This document shows positions 39,409 to 53,547 of a DNA stretch of 64,000 bases, piece after piece. The position numbers and the translations under genes are program-made. The DNA lies in NCBI GenBank assembly GCA_963829525.1, contig CAWHIJ010000003.1, forward strand, positions 416,001-480,000. The letters run 5' to 3'. The notes below the pieces were generated by a model. It worked only from the letters and a program-made list of their open reading frames with translations, ran no database searches and was not told the origin of the DNA. The DNA is from an uncultured Actinomycetota bacterium (GTDB taxonomy: Bacteria > Actinomycetota > Actinomycetes > JAHEKZ01). Positions within the stretch are counted from its first letter, which is position 1; every line of letters starts with the position of its first letter.

Positions 39409-39610
39409 GCGGTGATAGTGCCGCATCGACGAGTGCCCGACTGATTGGGGGTCATCCGCTGCCTGAACGCCCCGAGCGAGGACCTAAGGAAGCGGTAAAC
39501 GTTCAGACACTTTTCGTGCCCTCAGGTTACTTGGGAGGCTCGGACTGGGTTACGGTCGCACGGCGGCTCCGAGGACGAGCCTTTCACCTCCTTGGGAAGA
39601 GAACACAACG

Positions 39611-40885
39611 ATGGAACTGACACCACCTTCCGCTGTCCGCACAGTGGCCCTGCTCGGGGCGGGCGCTCTCGTGGCCACCTTGGCCGTTGTTGTTGCCCCT
39701 GCTGACGACGCAGATGCGGGGCGCCCTTGTCGCATCAGCACCAGCACCACCCTTGACTCGAAGACCCGCCTTGCTGGCGGCGCTGTCATGCGGCGCTTCA
39801 CGGCGAGTGCTCAAGGTGCGGCAAAGGGAGGGGATGACCAAAAAGCTAAAGCCATCCTGACTTCGTGGCCTACCGGCGCCTATCCGTCGCTCATCAACCC
39901 CAAGATCGGTGAGCGCATGATCACTGGTGCCATGGTGAAGAAGCAGCAGTCGCTGGCCCTAGGCGCTATCAACGGGGACTTCTTTCGCTCGACCAGTATT
40001 CGGTACGCCTCCGGGATCGAGATGTCGCGTGGGCCGATGGTGCGAGGTGGAGAGGTGATCCGTGGATCCAAGGACAAGCAGGTCGTCGTCGGTGTGGACA
40101 CCGCCGGACAACCATACGGAGCGACGTTGGGCGTTCGCGGCAGCGTTCAGCCTCGGCTCGCTACTGCCAGCCCCGTTCCCGTCGTGTCGGTCAACTGGAA
40201 CAAGCTCGTCGGTGGGGGTGTGAACGTCTACACGACCGACTGGAGCGATGCCGTGCGGACGGATGGCAGGCAGGCCACGCCACGACCGGCTGGCGCTGTC
40301 GAGTGGGTGCTGAACTCGCGTGACAAGATCAAAACGATTCGCTCGGCAACGAACAACACGAGGCAGCTCGGTGCGCCCGTGGCAGAGGGTACCCAGGTGC
40401 TCGCCTTCGCGGATAAAGTTGGGTCCCCCCAGGTTCCTACGGGCACGAGGGTCAAGGTCGATGTCAAGCAGGCCGCTGGCGGTGCGCAGCTCTTTACCGC
40501 CATCGGTCGCGGTTTCACCCTGGTTGAAGGTGGTGTCGCAGGCCCGCGCGGGTGCCGGTCCTACGACGTATCTACCGATGGCCGGCCACGCACGGTCATC
40601 GGCTGGGACAAAGACGGTCAGTGGCGCACCGTCACGATCCCCGGCACTCGCTTCGAGAGCGACGGCCTCCGGCAAGGTGGCTTCGGACTGGCCAACGTAG
40701 CCAACGTCGCCAAGAAGCTGGGCCTGGCCAATGCCTACGAACTCGACGGTGGAGGATCAACAACACTGTGGACGCGAAGCACCAGCGGAATCTGGTCACG
40801 TCGCGATCTTTTCGGAGTCGACACGAGAGTGTGTTCCTGCGAGCGACCGGTGACCAACGGTCTGGCCTTCCTGGCCGGCCCCTGA
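39611..40885 (+). CDS. Secreted phosphodiester glycosidase (NAGPA-domain) family protein
   Basis: Signal peptide; AINGDFF, PRTVIG, LDGGGST, ERPVTNGL. Confidence 0.82.
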   Translation: MELTPPSAVRTVALLGAGALVATLAVVVAPADDADAGRPCRISTSTTLDSKTRLAGGAVMRRFTASAQGAAKGGDDQKAKAILTSWPTGAYPSLINPKIGERMITGAMVKKQQSLALGAINGDFFRSTSIRYASGIEMSRGPMVRGGEVIRGSKDKQVVVGVDTAGQPYGATLGVRGSVQPRLATASPVPVVSVNWNKLVGGGVNVYTTDWSDAVRTDGRQATPRPAGAVEWVLNSRDKIKTIRSATNNTRQLGAPVAEGTQVLAFADKVGSPQVPTGTRVKVDVKQAAGGAQLFTAIGRGFTLVEGGVAGPRGCRSYDVSTDGRPRTVIGWDKDGQWRTVTIPGTRFESDGLRQGGFGLANVANVAKKLGLANAYELDGGGSTTLWTRSTSGIWSRRDLFGVDTRVCSCERPVTNGLAFLAGP

Positions 40886-40892
40886 CCACTGC

Positions 40893-41888
40893 CTAGCGTT
40901 TGGACTTATCGCCAATCCAGCGAAGCGGGCCGGTGAGCTTCCACGACGTGCTTTCGAGCAGATCGTTTTCGCGGTCCCGCAAGTGCCCGATCTCAGTCTC
41001 GAGTCGCGTGTTCTCGTCTCGCTGGTGGGTGAGGGCCCGGTGCAGGACGCCGTAACGTGCGTTTCGTCCACGAACGTCGTTTAGCCAGTCGATGTCTATG
41101 AGTCGCGAGCTGCTCCTCGGACGGTCACGTTCGTACTGCCAGTGTTCAAAATCATCGCTGTACATCGAGACAACCAGGTCGAAAGTCCGATCGGTGACCA
41201 GCTCGGCGCGGTAGGGAATCACGGTCTCGTTGATTCGTGGCGCTTCGCCGGCGTCGAGTCCACGCTGCCGCAGGTACTCGCCGATCGTTCTCAGGCCCTC
41301 CGCCATTGACTCTTGGCGGAGTACCAGACCGTCACCTGCGGGTGGGCGGGCGAGCAGCCTGAACTGCGGCCATAGGTGCACGTCGACTGCGAGGAAGCCT
41401 CGTTCGGAGACCAGCTCGTGGAGAGCTACGACGAACTCTTCGAAGAGGTCGGCTATGTGCTGTTCGCTTTCGATGGCCTCGGGCAGCTTGGGGAACCCCT
41501 CGGGGAGACGCTCTGCGTAGTAGGGCTCCCCAATGAGGTACTTGCCGGACCACGCGGAGAACAGCCGCGACAGGGGGTGCCGCACCGGCTTTACCGTCAG
41601 CACGTCGGTGGAGGTGAGGGCGTCGTCTCGCTGCTCTGCGGACAGGTCGACCCAGGTGTACACGAGGTCGATCCCCTGGTCCCAGACCGTCTGGAATGGG
41701 GCCGACTCGCCCCACCATGACTCAGCAGTGCGAGCACGCACATCGAGACCGTGGGCGGCGAGCAGCCACCACCGCAGCGTGGTGCCAGCTGCCTTGGGGT
41801 TTCCTGCGACGAACAGACGGGTGGAGGGGAAGAACATCGAGGTGTGCAGCGAGTGCCTGATGTAGGGGTCGCTGTCAATCTGCACCAT
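40893..41888 (-). CDS. Sulfotransferase family 2 protein with C-terminal coiled coil
   Basis: NPKAAGTTLR (5'-PSB), VRHPLSRLFSAW (3'-PB), DVHLWPQ, Y.DDF; tail ends SWKLTGPLR. Confidence 0.82.
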   Translation of the reverse strand: MVQIDSDPYIRHSLHTSMFFPSTRLFVAGNPKAAGTTLRWWLLAAHGLDVRARTAESWWGESAPFQTVWDQGIDLVYTWVDLSAEQRDDALTSTDVLTVKPVRHPLSRLFSAWSGKYLIGEPYYAERLPEGFPKLPEAIESEQHIADLFEEFVVALHELVSERGFLAVDVHLWPQFRLLARPPAGDGLVLRQESMAEGLRTIGEYLRQRGLDAGEAPRINETVIPYRAELVTDRTFDLVVSMYSDDFEHWQYERDRPRSSSRLIDIDWLNDVRGRNARYGVLHRALTHQRDENTRLETEIGHLRDRENDLLESTSWKLTGPLRWIGDKSKR

Positions 41889-42000
41889 GGGCTCACGCTA
41901 CCGGCCGCCCATGGGTCGTGCCGCAAGTCACGTGGTCCGAGCCGGTACCTATGCTGTCTGACGCCTATGCTGAGCACGGTTCCGATCGATAAGGAGAACT

Positions 42001-42972
42001 GTGTCGACCGACCGGGTCTCAGGAAGCGCCCCCGACGAGTTCTCTCCGTCGGTCGCGGCAGTGGTGGTTACGTACAACCGCAAGGACTACCTGGCCGATC
42101 TTCTGCCGTCCCTCCTGGCTCAGACGCGCCCCCTGCAGGCGGTCTATGTCGTCGACAATGCCAGCACCGATGGCACCGGCGAATACCTCGACAAGGAGTA
42201 CGGCACCCACCCTCTGATTCAGCGGATCAACCTCACGGAGAACAGCGGGGGATCGGGAGGATTCAACGCCGGCGTTCTTGCCGCATACCGCGCGGGCCAC
42301 GACTGGTTCTGGCTGATGGACGACGATGTCCTCGCTTTGCCTGATGGTTTGGAGGGGTTGATGCCCTTCACTGACCAGGCGGGCTGCATCCACGGTCGGC
42401 GGATCGACTTTCATGGCGGGCCCTTCTTTTGGCAACCGCGGATCAACGAAAGTCTGGGGATCCCTCTGCCATACCTCCGCGACCCCTTCGCTGACGGCCG
42501 CGACAGCTTCGAGACGAACTCGGGTGTGTTTGAGGGGATGTTGGTCTCCAGGGAGGTAGTGGAAGCCATTGGTCCCCCCGACCCTCGCTTCTTCATCACC
42601 TGGGACGACGCCGTCTACGCACTGCTTGCCTCGAGGGTGACCCGGGTGCTCTACGTCGACCACTTCGCGCTCCGGCGGCAGCGTGAACAGCGACAGGCTT
42701 CACTCGCAGTTCGGCACCTGAACGACGGATCGGACCTGTTCCGGTTCCACGTCATGCGCAACCGTGGGTACATGGCTCACTACCTGCGGCACCTTGGGAC
42801 GTACCACTCGGTTGGCTTCGGCGTCGGCACCGCCTTGACCTTCCTCAAGGAAGAGGTGCGGTTGGTGTACGTGGAGCACACAGTCAAAGGGACCGGGACG
42901 CTGCTCCGTGGCTGGCGCGAGGCTCGTCGGATCGCACGACAGCCGTGGGCTCCTGTCGAGCGGGTGCACTGA
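42001..42972 (+). CDS. GT2 galactofuranosyltransferase, GlfT1-like
   Basis: VVVTYNR, VVDNASTDGT, NSGGSGGF, WLMDDD, FFITWDD; directly upstream of glf. Confidence 0.82.
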   Translation: MSTDRVSGSAPDEFSPSVAAVVVTYNRKDYLADLLPSLLAQTRPLQAVYVVDNASTDGTGEYLDKEYGTHPLIQRINLTENSGGSGGFNAGVLAAYRAGHDWFWLMDDDVLALPDGLEGLMPFTDQAGCIHGRRIDFHGGPFFWQPRINESLGIPLPYLRDPFADGRDSFETNSGVFEGMLVSREVVEAIGPPDPRFFITWDDAVYALLASRVTRVLYVDHFALRRQREQRQASLAVRHLNDGSDLFRFHVMRNRGYMAHYLRHLGTYHSVGFGVGTALTFLKEEVRLVYVEHTVKGTGTLLRGWREARRIARQPWAPVERVH

Positions 42973-42999
42973 GCTCTTGCTACGTGCCCACTATCCTGA

Positions 43000-46155
<3,156 letters not shown>

Positions 46156-46163
<8 letters not shown>

Positions 46164-47388
46164 GTCAGAGGCCATCGTTCCCGAGGCATCTGGAAGGAAG
46201 CAACGTCGGGTCTTCCTGCACGTGGGTGCACCGAAGACCGGCACCACCTACATCCAAGGAATTCTTTGGTCGAACCGTTCGGCGCTGAAATCGGCTGGGC
46301 TGCACGTCGTTGGGGCCACGCGAGGAGATCACTATCGCGGTGGACATGACCTGCGCGACCTTCCGCACGATTCCAAGGACCCCAGGCCTGACTGGAAGGG
46401 TTCGTGGGATGTTCTGGCCGGACTTGCCGTAGACAGCAGTGCTGACAGTGTCGTCATCTCCGACGAACACTTGGCCGCCTTGCAGCCCGAGCAGGTCGAA
46501 CGGGCTGTGACGGCTCTGCGCGGTCGCGAAGTGCACGTGATCTATGCCACGCGTAACCTAGCGCGGCTGCTGCCGTCGGAGTGGCAGGAGTTCGTCAAGC
46601 ACGGGTCCAAGCTCACTTTCGGTGAGTGGACCGAAAGGGTCTTCAGCAGCCGCGAAAAGGGCCCAGGAAGGTGGTTCTGGAGCGTGCATGATCCGGTTGA
46701 TGTGATCAACCGTTGGTCCAGCCACGTACCGGTCGAGCGGATCCATGTCATCACATTGCCGCTGCCGGATGCCGAGAAGAACGAGCTCTGGCACCGGTTT
46801 TGTGGTGTCGTCGACGTGGACCCCGAGGCGGCCACCGAGTTCGAGGTGGCCGGAAACGACTCACTGGGTGTCGCTGAAGCCGAACTGCTCCGCCGGGTCA
46901 ATGCTGCGCTTCCGGACACCTTTCCCATCTGGCACCACCGATTCCTGGGTCGCGACGTCTTTGCGACCAAGATCCTCAGCCCGCGATCGAAGGGTGGTAA
47001 ACCGCAGTTGCCCGAGGTGGTGCGCCCGCTGGTACAGAAGCGATCCGAGCAGGCGATCGACGGCATCCGGGCCTCCGGAGTCGATCTGGTTGGTGACCTC
47101 ACCGAAGTGACTATCACCGAGGATCTAGCGTCCGGAGAACCGATGCCCAAGGATGGTGAAGTGCTGGACGCCAGCGTCGAGGCAATTGCTGCGCTTCTGG
47201 TCCGTATGGGGCGGATGCGCGATGACCGGCGACGGACCGAGGGCAAGTTGCGCCGGCAGATGCGGGAGTCAGCTCCAATGGTCCGCGCCCGCGTCCGGCT
47301 CGCTGGAGTGGCTGACCGAACGAAGCTGGGGAGCAAGACGCTCGACCGGTACCGCGCGTTCCGCATGAGGTCGAACCCGGACCAGTAG
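46156..47388 (+). CDS. Sulfotransferase-like P-loop protein
   Basis: LHVGAPKTGTTYIQ, VISDEHL, RNLARLLPSEWQE, NDSLG. Confidence 0.78.
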
Positions 47389-47448
47389 CTGCATCAGCAG
47401 CGCCTGACTCCTGTCGGCGTGCTGCCAAAGAAGGAAGGGACACCAAGC

Positions 47449-48525
47449 GTGGCAACGGTCAATCTGCACATCGGCGCTTTCAAGACCGGTACCTCGTTCA
47501 TCCAAAAGGTGCTGATGGCCGGACGCGACGACCTCGCTGACCTGGGCGTGCTTTGGCCAGGAAGCGACTGGAAGTCGGTGGTGCAAGGTGTTCAGGGACT
47601 ACGCGACGACCGCAAGGTGCCTTATGAGAAATGGTTGCACTTGGTAAGTGAGATAGACCGTTGGCGGGGTGACTCGGTCATCATGTCGATGGAGTTCATG
47701 TCGCTGCTCTCCGATGCGCAGGTCGCGAAGTGCGTCGAGTCGCTCGGTAAGCATGAGCTCCGGATCATCCTCACTGCCCGTGACCTCGGCCGGCAGATTC
47801 CCGCGCAGTGGCAGGAGTCGGTGCAGAATGCTTCGAGTTGGACCTACCGCGACTACGTGGAAGGACTTACTTCATCAGCGTCGATCTCCAATAGGTACGG
47901 TCGGCACTTCTGGGGTAAACAGGATTTCGCCGCCATTCTCAAACCGTGGAGCAGGCATGTGCAATCTACCGATATCGTGGTCGTCACAGTGCCCCCATCG
48001 GGAGCCCCGAAGGGTCTTCTGTGGGACCGGTTCTGCGAGTCGGTAGGCATCCCGTCACAGCGCTTTGACTCGACCATCCGCGCCAACGAGTCACTGGGCG
48101 CTGCCTCAGCCGAGCTCATGAGATACGTGTCGGCTGCCGCCGAGGGGGTGAAGGTCTCTGACGCCGCACGTCGTAACCTCAAGAAGGTTGTCTCAAAAGA
48201 CATTCTTGCTTCGCGCAGGTCGTCGGAGCCGACGCTGATCCTGCCGCCTGAATACCAGCAGTGGACCACTGACCGCAGTCGCACCCTCATCAAGGACATC
48301 GCCGCACTACGTCCCACCGTGGTTGGTGATCTGGAAGAGCTCATGCCGGTCTATGGGACCGAGCGCGACAACACGACGACGGATCCATCGAGTATCCCGG
48401 CCGAGCAGCTCATGCAGGCAGCCGCCTATGGGATTCTCGCCATGTCACAGCATGAGGCGCGCTTGGCCCGCGAGGGCAAGGGCAAGGGCCGCGGGGGTAA
48501 GGGAAGGTCGCTCAGCAGGGGCTAG
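47449..48525 (+). CDS. Sulfotransferase-like P-loop protein (paralogue)
   Basis: LHIGAFKTGTSFIQ, MSMEF, RDLGRQIPAQWQE, NESLG. Confidence 0.78.
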   Translation: MATVNLHIGAFKTGTSFIQKVLMAGRDDLADLGVLWPGSDWKSVVQGVQGLRDDRKVPYEKWLHLVSEIDRWRGDSVIMSMEFMSLLSDAQVAKCVESLGKHELRIILTARDLGRQIPAQWQESVQNASSWTYRDYVEGLTSSASISNRYGRHFWGKQDFAAILKPWSRHVQSTDIVVVTVPPSGAPKGLLWDRFCESVGIPSQRFDSTIRANESLGAASAELMRYVSAAAEGVKVSDAARRNLKKVVSKDILASRRSSEPTLILPPEYQQWTTDRSRTLIKDIAALRPTVVGDLEELMPVYGTERDNTTTDPSSIPAEQLMQAAAYGILAMSQHEARLAREGKGKGRGGKGRSLSRG

Positions 48526-48561
48526 CCCCCGAGGGGCTCCTGCTGGGTGGGTCGCGAAGTT

Positions 48562-48581
48562 CCATTTGACTTATCTAATGG
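48562..48581. promoter_or_regulatory. AT-rich palindrome, candidate operator of the mttB-family gene
   Basis: CCATTTGACTTATCTAATGG (CCATTnGA-N4-TCnAATGG). Confidence 0.5.
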
Positions 48582-48640
48582 TGGGTCGGGAGGGAAGTCG
48601 TCCATCATGAGGCGACCACAACTCCGGACAGGACTGGTGA

Positions 48641-50095
48641 ATGACGCCTCCCGACGACCCCCCCGAGGTCTTCCGCCGCTACCCCCTCAGTGAGTCCGAT
48701 CTCGATGCCATCCACACGCAGGCGATGCGCATCCTCGAGAACATCGGTACCGAGGTCGACAGCCCCAGCATGCTGCGCATGCTCGAAGATGCCGGTCAAC
48801 GTATCGAGGGCACCCGCGTCCGATGGGACAGCGGCTTCATCATGGAGCAGCTGGCCAAAGCGCCGGCGCAGTTCACTCTGCAAGGTCGTGACCCACGTCA
48901 TTCGGTGACGATCGGCGGGGGCAGCCTGGTACACACACCAACGGGGGGGTCTCCCTTCGTCTCCGACGCTGAACGCGGGCGTCGCGACGGCGACATCGAG
49001 TCTTACGTCGAACTCGTCAAGATGGCTCACGCTTCAGATGTGCTGCCAGTACTGCAGAGCGGGACAACCGAGGCACAGGACCTGTCCGACCTAAGCCGAC
49101 ACCTGGACATGGACTACGCCATCCTGCGCTGGAGCGGGCGTCCTTACATCCTCTACGGCGCTACCGGCCCGCGTACGAGGGATGGCCTGGCCCTGGCGGC
49201 GATCGCGGCTGGAGGGGAAGAGGCGCTAATGCGTCAGCCTGGTGTCATTGGCATCGTCAACCCCAATAGCCCGCTGGTGTGGGACTCTCTGATGGTCGAG
49301 GAGCTCATGGCCCTGGCCGAGTTCGGGCAGCCCGTCGCCATCACACCGTTCCTGCTGGCTGGCGCGTCGGCACCCGTCACGTTGGCCGGGGGCTTGTCAC
49401 TTCTGGTGGCCGAAACGCTGTCGGGCGTTGCGATGGCTCAGCTGGTACGGCCGGGAACGCCCTGCATCCTGGGTACTTTCCTCAACGGTGTCGATATGAG
49501 GTCCGGTGGGCCGTCTCTGGGGCTTCCGGAGTCGACTTTGGCCACTCTGGCAGGAGCGCAGCTGGCGCGCAGGTACGGCCTGCCTCTTCGCGGAGGCGGC
49601 GGACTGTGCTCGGGCCTGGACATCGATGCGCAGACTGCCACCGAGAGCACGATGTCGCTGTGGGCGACGTACCTGGCTGAATGCGATCTGGTGGTGCACG
49701 CGGCCGGGTGGCTCGAGGGCGGCCTGGTCGCGTCCTTTGAGAAACTCGCTCTCGACGTCGAAGTCTTGGCGATGTTCGAACGCATCCGCCGTGGCATCGA
49801 TGTCGATGACGACCAACTGGCATACGACGTCATCGAAGAACTTGGCCCTGGCGGGCTCTTCCTCGCCCATGAGCACACGCTGGAGCATTTCCGTACCGAG
49901 TCGTTCATGAGCCCACTCTTCCGTTCGCAGGCCTACCCGACCTGGGTCAAGCTCGGTTCGCCATCGGTGTCCAGCGTGGCGACCTCGCAGTGGAGGAAGT
50001 TGTTGGACTCGTACGAGGACCCAGGAATCGACGATGCGATCGACGCCGAGCTGCTTGCATTCATCGAGCGACGGGCCGCCGAGCTTGAGGCCTGA
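48641..50095 (+). CDS. Trimethylamine methyltransferase (MttB) family, non-pyrrolysine (glycine betaine methyltransferase-like)
   Basis: IHTQAMRILENIG, NPNSPL, GASAPVTLAG, DMRSG, RGGGGLC, HAAGWLEGGL; no in-frame amber codon. Confidence 0.9.
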   Translation: MTPPDDPPEVFRRYPLSESDLDAIHTQAMRILENIGTEVDSPSMLRMLEDAGQRIEGTRVRWDSGFIMEQLAKAPAQFTLQGRDPRHSVTIGGGSLVHTPTGGSPFVSDAERGRRDGDIESYVELVKMAHASDVLPVLQSGTTEAQDLSDLSRHLDMDYAILRWSGRPYILYGATGPRTRDGLALAAIAAGGEEALMRQPGVIGIVNPNSPLVWDSLMVEELMALAEFGQPVAITPFLLAGASAPVTLAGGLSLLVAETLSGVAMAQLVRPGTPCILGTFLNGVDMRSGGPSLGLPESTLATLAGAQLARRYGLPLRGGGGLCSGLDIDAQTATESTMSLWATYLAECDLVVHAAGWLEGGLVASFEKLALDVEVLAMFERIRRGIDVDDDQLAYDVIEELGPGGLFLAHEHTLEHFRTESFMSPLFRSQAYPTWVKLGSPSVSSVATSQWRKLLDSYEDPGIDDAIDAELLAFIERRAAELEA

Positions 50096-50768
50096 CCTGT
50101 TCGGCGCGCTGCCTTATCCCGAGCAGCATCTTGCGCTCCATCGCGAAGGCGATGGGCTGGATGACAGACCACATCGCGGTTTGACCTGGCGGGTAGGTGA
50201 GTCGCTGTCGGCTGATGAGGCGACAACAGCCTCCCAGCGGTTCTATCGTCCACTGCCATGTAGTGCCGGCTGGCTGTGATCCTTCGAGAGTCGAGCGCCC
50301 GGTGCGGGGATCGGCACTTACGAGGATCAGATGATGCGGTGGATCCACCTCGACAACCGAGAACGTTGGGTACCCCTCTGGGCCCATGCGGACGAGGCCG
50401 CCGCGGCGCAGTTCTTGGAACTCGGGCAGTACCCGGTTGGCGCTGTGCAAATCGCACCCGACCAGGTTCTCCAGCCAGTCGTAGCTGTAGAGCCCGCCCC
50501 GAGCATGGCCGATCTGTACAAGCCACGGCCAGACGTCGTCAGCGGGGGCGTCGATGAAGATGGCACGGGTGCTGACTCGTTGTGGTTCAGGGACTATCCC
50601 GTCGCCCGGGAGAGTGGCACGGACCTCGTCGAGGGTGGCACCCCACGACTCGTACCGTCCGCGGAGTCCGCGTTCGGCAGCCACAGCGCCCAGCACCAGG
50701 AGGCCGATGGTTCTGATTGCACGAAGACCCATGACCTCACTCCACCGCGTCGTGGCGACGAGCGCCAT
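50061..50768 (-). CDS. SRPBCC-like hypothetical protein
   Basis: WGAT..E....LPGD, VWPWLVQIG..RGGLYSYDWLEN, MERKMLLGI; alternative start at 50732. Confidence 0.8.
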   Translation of the reverse strand: MALVATTRWSEVMGLRAIRTIGLLVLGAVAAERGLRGRYESWGATLDEVRATLPGDGIVPEPQRVSTRAIFIDAPADDVWPWLVQIGHARGGLYSYDWLENLVGCDLHSANRVLPEFQELRRGGLVRMGPEGYPTFSVVEVDPPHHLILVSADPRTGRSTLEGSQPAGTTWQWTIEPLGGCCRLISRQRLTYPPGQTAMWSVIQPIAFAMERKMLLGIRQRAEQVRPQARRPVAR

Positions 50769-50792
50769 GGACGTTGGTCCTTCCAGGAAGAC

Positions 50793-51613
50793 TCAGGAGG
50801 CTCGGTAGACCAGGGCAGTGGCTCCGGAGCCGGACACCTTCTGGGCGGTGAGGACGAGGGACTTGCCGTCGATGGAGTAGGAGACATCGCCCTGAAGGAG
50901 GCCGAGCACATCGGCCTCGATGTCTCCGGCGGGTGTAAGGCAGGCCATCGCGGTCGTGGCGATCGGGCCGATCGCGAGGGTGTCTTGCGTGGCGGTGTAG
51001 GAGCCGCTTCCGGTGTTGCAGCCCGGTGACACCATCAGCTCGCCGTCGTCACCGAACGAGAGAGTCGACTTCACTCCCCGGGAATGCTGCTGGCTGCGTC
51101 CCCGGTGATGATCGAGTCGAGCTGCCAGATCGTCCCGGTGAGCGATGCGTCGGGCACAACAACCTCCTCGTTCGTGAAGATGATGACTGTGTCATTGCTG
51201 GTCAGGGTCAGCCCCGAATCGTTCTGAAGAAGGGTCGGCTTGGACGTCAGAAGATCGGCGAACCAGTTGTCCTGCTTCATGAGGGGCTCGTCGCAGCCCA
51301 TCTCAGTCATGGCCAGGCTTTGGCCGTCGACGACTAAAGTTCCGGTGGGCCAGCGTGCGTCGCCACTCATCGAGTTGCACCCAGCGGAAGCGCCGATCGA
51401 TCCGTCCTCGAAGCTGAGCCGCAGCTGTGACCCTTTGACCAACCGGAACGGCTGATCGTTCACCGCGACCTCGTTGCTGAGGAACGTCTGGCCCACGAGG
51501 TCGAGCTGGTTGGGGTCGGCAGGCGTCTGTGCATCTTCACCACCGCAGGAGGTCAGCGACATCAAGGCGGGCAGAACCATGAACAGGGCGACACCAACGC
51601 TGCTTCGTCTCAT
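50793..51613 (-). CDS. Tandem META-domain lipoprotein; frameshift in a G-run near 51075
   Basis: Lipobox LTSC; SAGCN...TEMGC and SPGCN...TAMAC repeats split across two frames. Confidence 0.8.
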
Positions 51614-51710
51614 GTCCGGTTGGACTCCATCCTCATCCTTGTGGTTCCTACGCTAACTGGGTGAAGGCGAACACTCCCTCACACTTTGCCCTACGGGTAG
51701 CGTGGTCGGC

Positions 51711-53531
51711 GTGAGTCATCGATTGACCGACTGGCGCGACCGGTTCCGGTATCCCTCAGTTGGATTTCCTTCGTGGTCAGCGACCGACCCCAGTCGCCTC
51801 GTCTTCGTCAGCGACGAAGGCGGCTCAAGCCAGATATGGATGACCGACCTCCGCTCAGGTGAGCGCAGAGCGGTCACCAAGCAGCGTGTCGGGGTTGAGG
51901 AGTTCGTCATGTCACCACGCGGAGATGCAGTTGCGTGGTGGTGCGATGACAGTGGTGACGGCAACGGGGAATGGGTTGCCACCTCGATCGATGGGGATAG
52001 CACGAGCGCACTCCTCACCGAGCTCGGCAACGGGTGGAGTGAGGGTCTGGCGTGGTGCGGTGGCACTGTGGCCATCGCCCTCACCGATGGTGAGTCCTAC
52101 CGTCTATACGTCGGAGGTGCCGGAGGCGAGGGTCGACTGGTGCACGAGTCGACCCGGCCCTTCGGCCTTGGCCGTGAGTGGGAGACGACACCAGGAGGGC
52201 TCTCGATCGATGGTGCTCTGCTGTGCCTGAGGCACAGTGATGCAGGTGACATGCTGCACTTCGGACTGCGGGTCATCGACGTCACGTCAGGGCACGTATA
52301 CGGCGACCTTGTGGACGAAGGACTCAGCGTTCGAGTTGCCTCGTGGTCTCCGGTCGTTGGTGACCAGCGGGTGGCACTGATCCATGAACGCGACGGCATC
52401 GACCGACCGTCGGTGTGGGAGCCGACGACCGACATCCGCCGGGACTATCCCAGTGACCTGCCGGGCGAGATAGACGTCGCCGACTGGTATCCGGACGGTG
52501 ATGCCTTGCTGGTCACGCACTGGCACGATGGACGCTCCCGGCTATACCGGCTCGATCTTGCGTCCGGTGCATACGAGTTGGTGCACGATCCCGAGGGGTA
52601 CATCTCCGCGGCGGCCGTGCGGCCCGATGGTCAGGTCTGGCTGCGCGAGGAGGCAGGGGACCGGACACCAGTGGTGCGCGCCCTCGCTGGTCAGCCTGTG
52701 CTCTCATCGCCCGGCAAGTCGCCGACGGGGGTACCACATCGGAGCATCCGCTTCGAGGGGCCGACAGGCGAGCCGACCCACATGCTGGTGGCGACGCCCA
52801 ACGGGGCAGGACCGTTCCCCACGGTGATGTACGTGCACGGCGGACCCGAGTGGGCTGATGCCGACCTTTTCGACCCATGGACGTCAACGCTTGTCGACCA
52901 CGGCGTCGCCGTCGCCAAGGTGAACTACCGTGGATCGACCGGCTTCGGGGTTGCCTGGCGTGAGTCCATCCATGACGGCAACATCGGGTTTCCCGAGGTC
53001 GCCGACGTCGTGGCTGGAATGGGCTATCTGATCGACCTCGGCATCTCAGATCCCCAGCGCTGCGCAATCGAGGGCTGGTCGTGGGGCGGCTACATCGCGA
53101 TGCTTGCCATAGGGCTGCACCCGACCGCGTTCGTGGCGGCGATCGGAGGCATCCCGGTCTGCGACTCGGTCATGACACACGAAGACTGTTCCCCCTCGCA
53201 GCAGGCATACGACCTCGCGATCATGGGTGGAAGCCCCTCGCAGGTTCCCGAGCGGTACGCGGAACGGTCGCCCTCCACGTACCTCGACGCCGTCCGTTCC
53301 CCGGTGTTGATCATCGCGGGCGAGCACGACAGCGCCTGCCCCATCAGGCAGGTTCGGTACTACGCCGACGAGTTACAGGCGCGAGGGCGCTCGGTGCGGC
53401 TGCATGTCTACGACGCCGGGCACCACGCCAACAGTGTCGATGAGAAGATCACCCATGCGGAGCTCGAGCTGGAGTTCTTGGCGGCGCACGGGGTGATTCC
53501 CGAGCAAGAGGATGCGAGCAGGGCGATCTGA
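51711..53531 (+). CDS. S9 family peptidase (paralogue of 83..1888)
   Basis: HGGP, VNYRGSTG, GWSWGG, HDSACP, AGH; leaderless GTG after TAGCGT. Confidence 0.9.
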   Translation: MSHRLTDWRDRFRYPSVGFPSWSATDPSRLVFVSDEGGSSQIWMTDLRSGERRAVTKQRVGVEEFVMSPRGDAVAWWCDDSGDGNGEWVATSIDGDSTSALLTELGNGWSEGLAWCGGTVAIALTDGESYRLYVGGAGGEGRLVHESTRPFGLGREWETTPGGLSIDGALLCLRHSDAGDMLHFGLRVIDVTSGHVYGDLVDEGLSVRVASWSPVVGDQRVALIHERDGIDRPSVWEPTTDIRRDYPSDLPGEIDVADWYPDGDALLVTHWHDGRSRLYRLDLASGAYELVHDPEGYISAAAVRPDGQVWLREEAGDRTPVVRALAGQPVLSSPGKSPTGVPHRSIRFEGPTGEPTHMLVATPNGAGPFPTVMYVHGGPEWADADLFDPWTSTLVDHGVAVAKVNYRGSTGFGVAWRESIHDGNIGFPEVADVVAGMGYLIDLGISDPQRCAIEGWSWGGYIAMLAIGLHPTAFVAAIGGIPVCDSVMTHEDCSPSQQAYDLAIMGGSPSQVPERYAERSPSTYLDAVRSPVLIIAGEHDSACPIRQVRYYADELQARGRSVRLHVYDAGHHANSVDEKITHAELELEFLAAHGVIPEQEDASRAI

Positions 53532-53547
53532 GTGTCAGACTGCGCCC

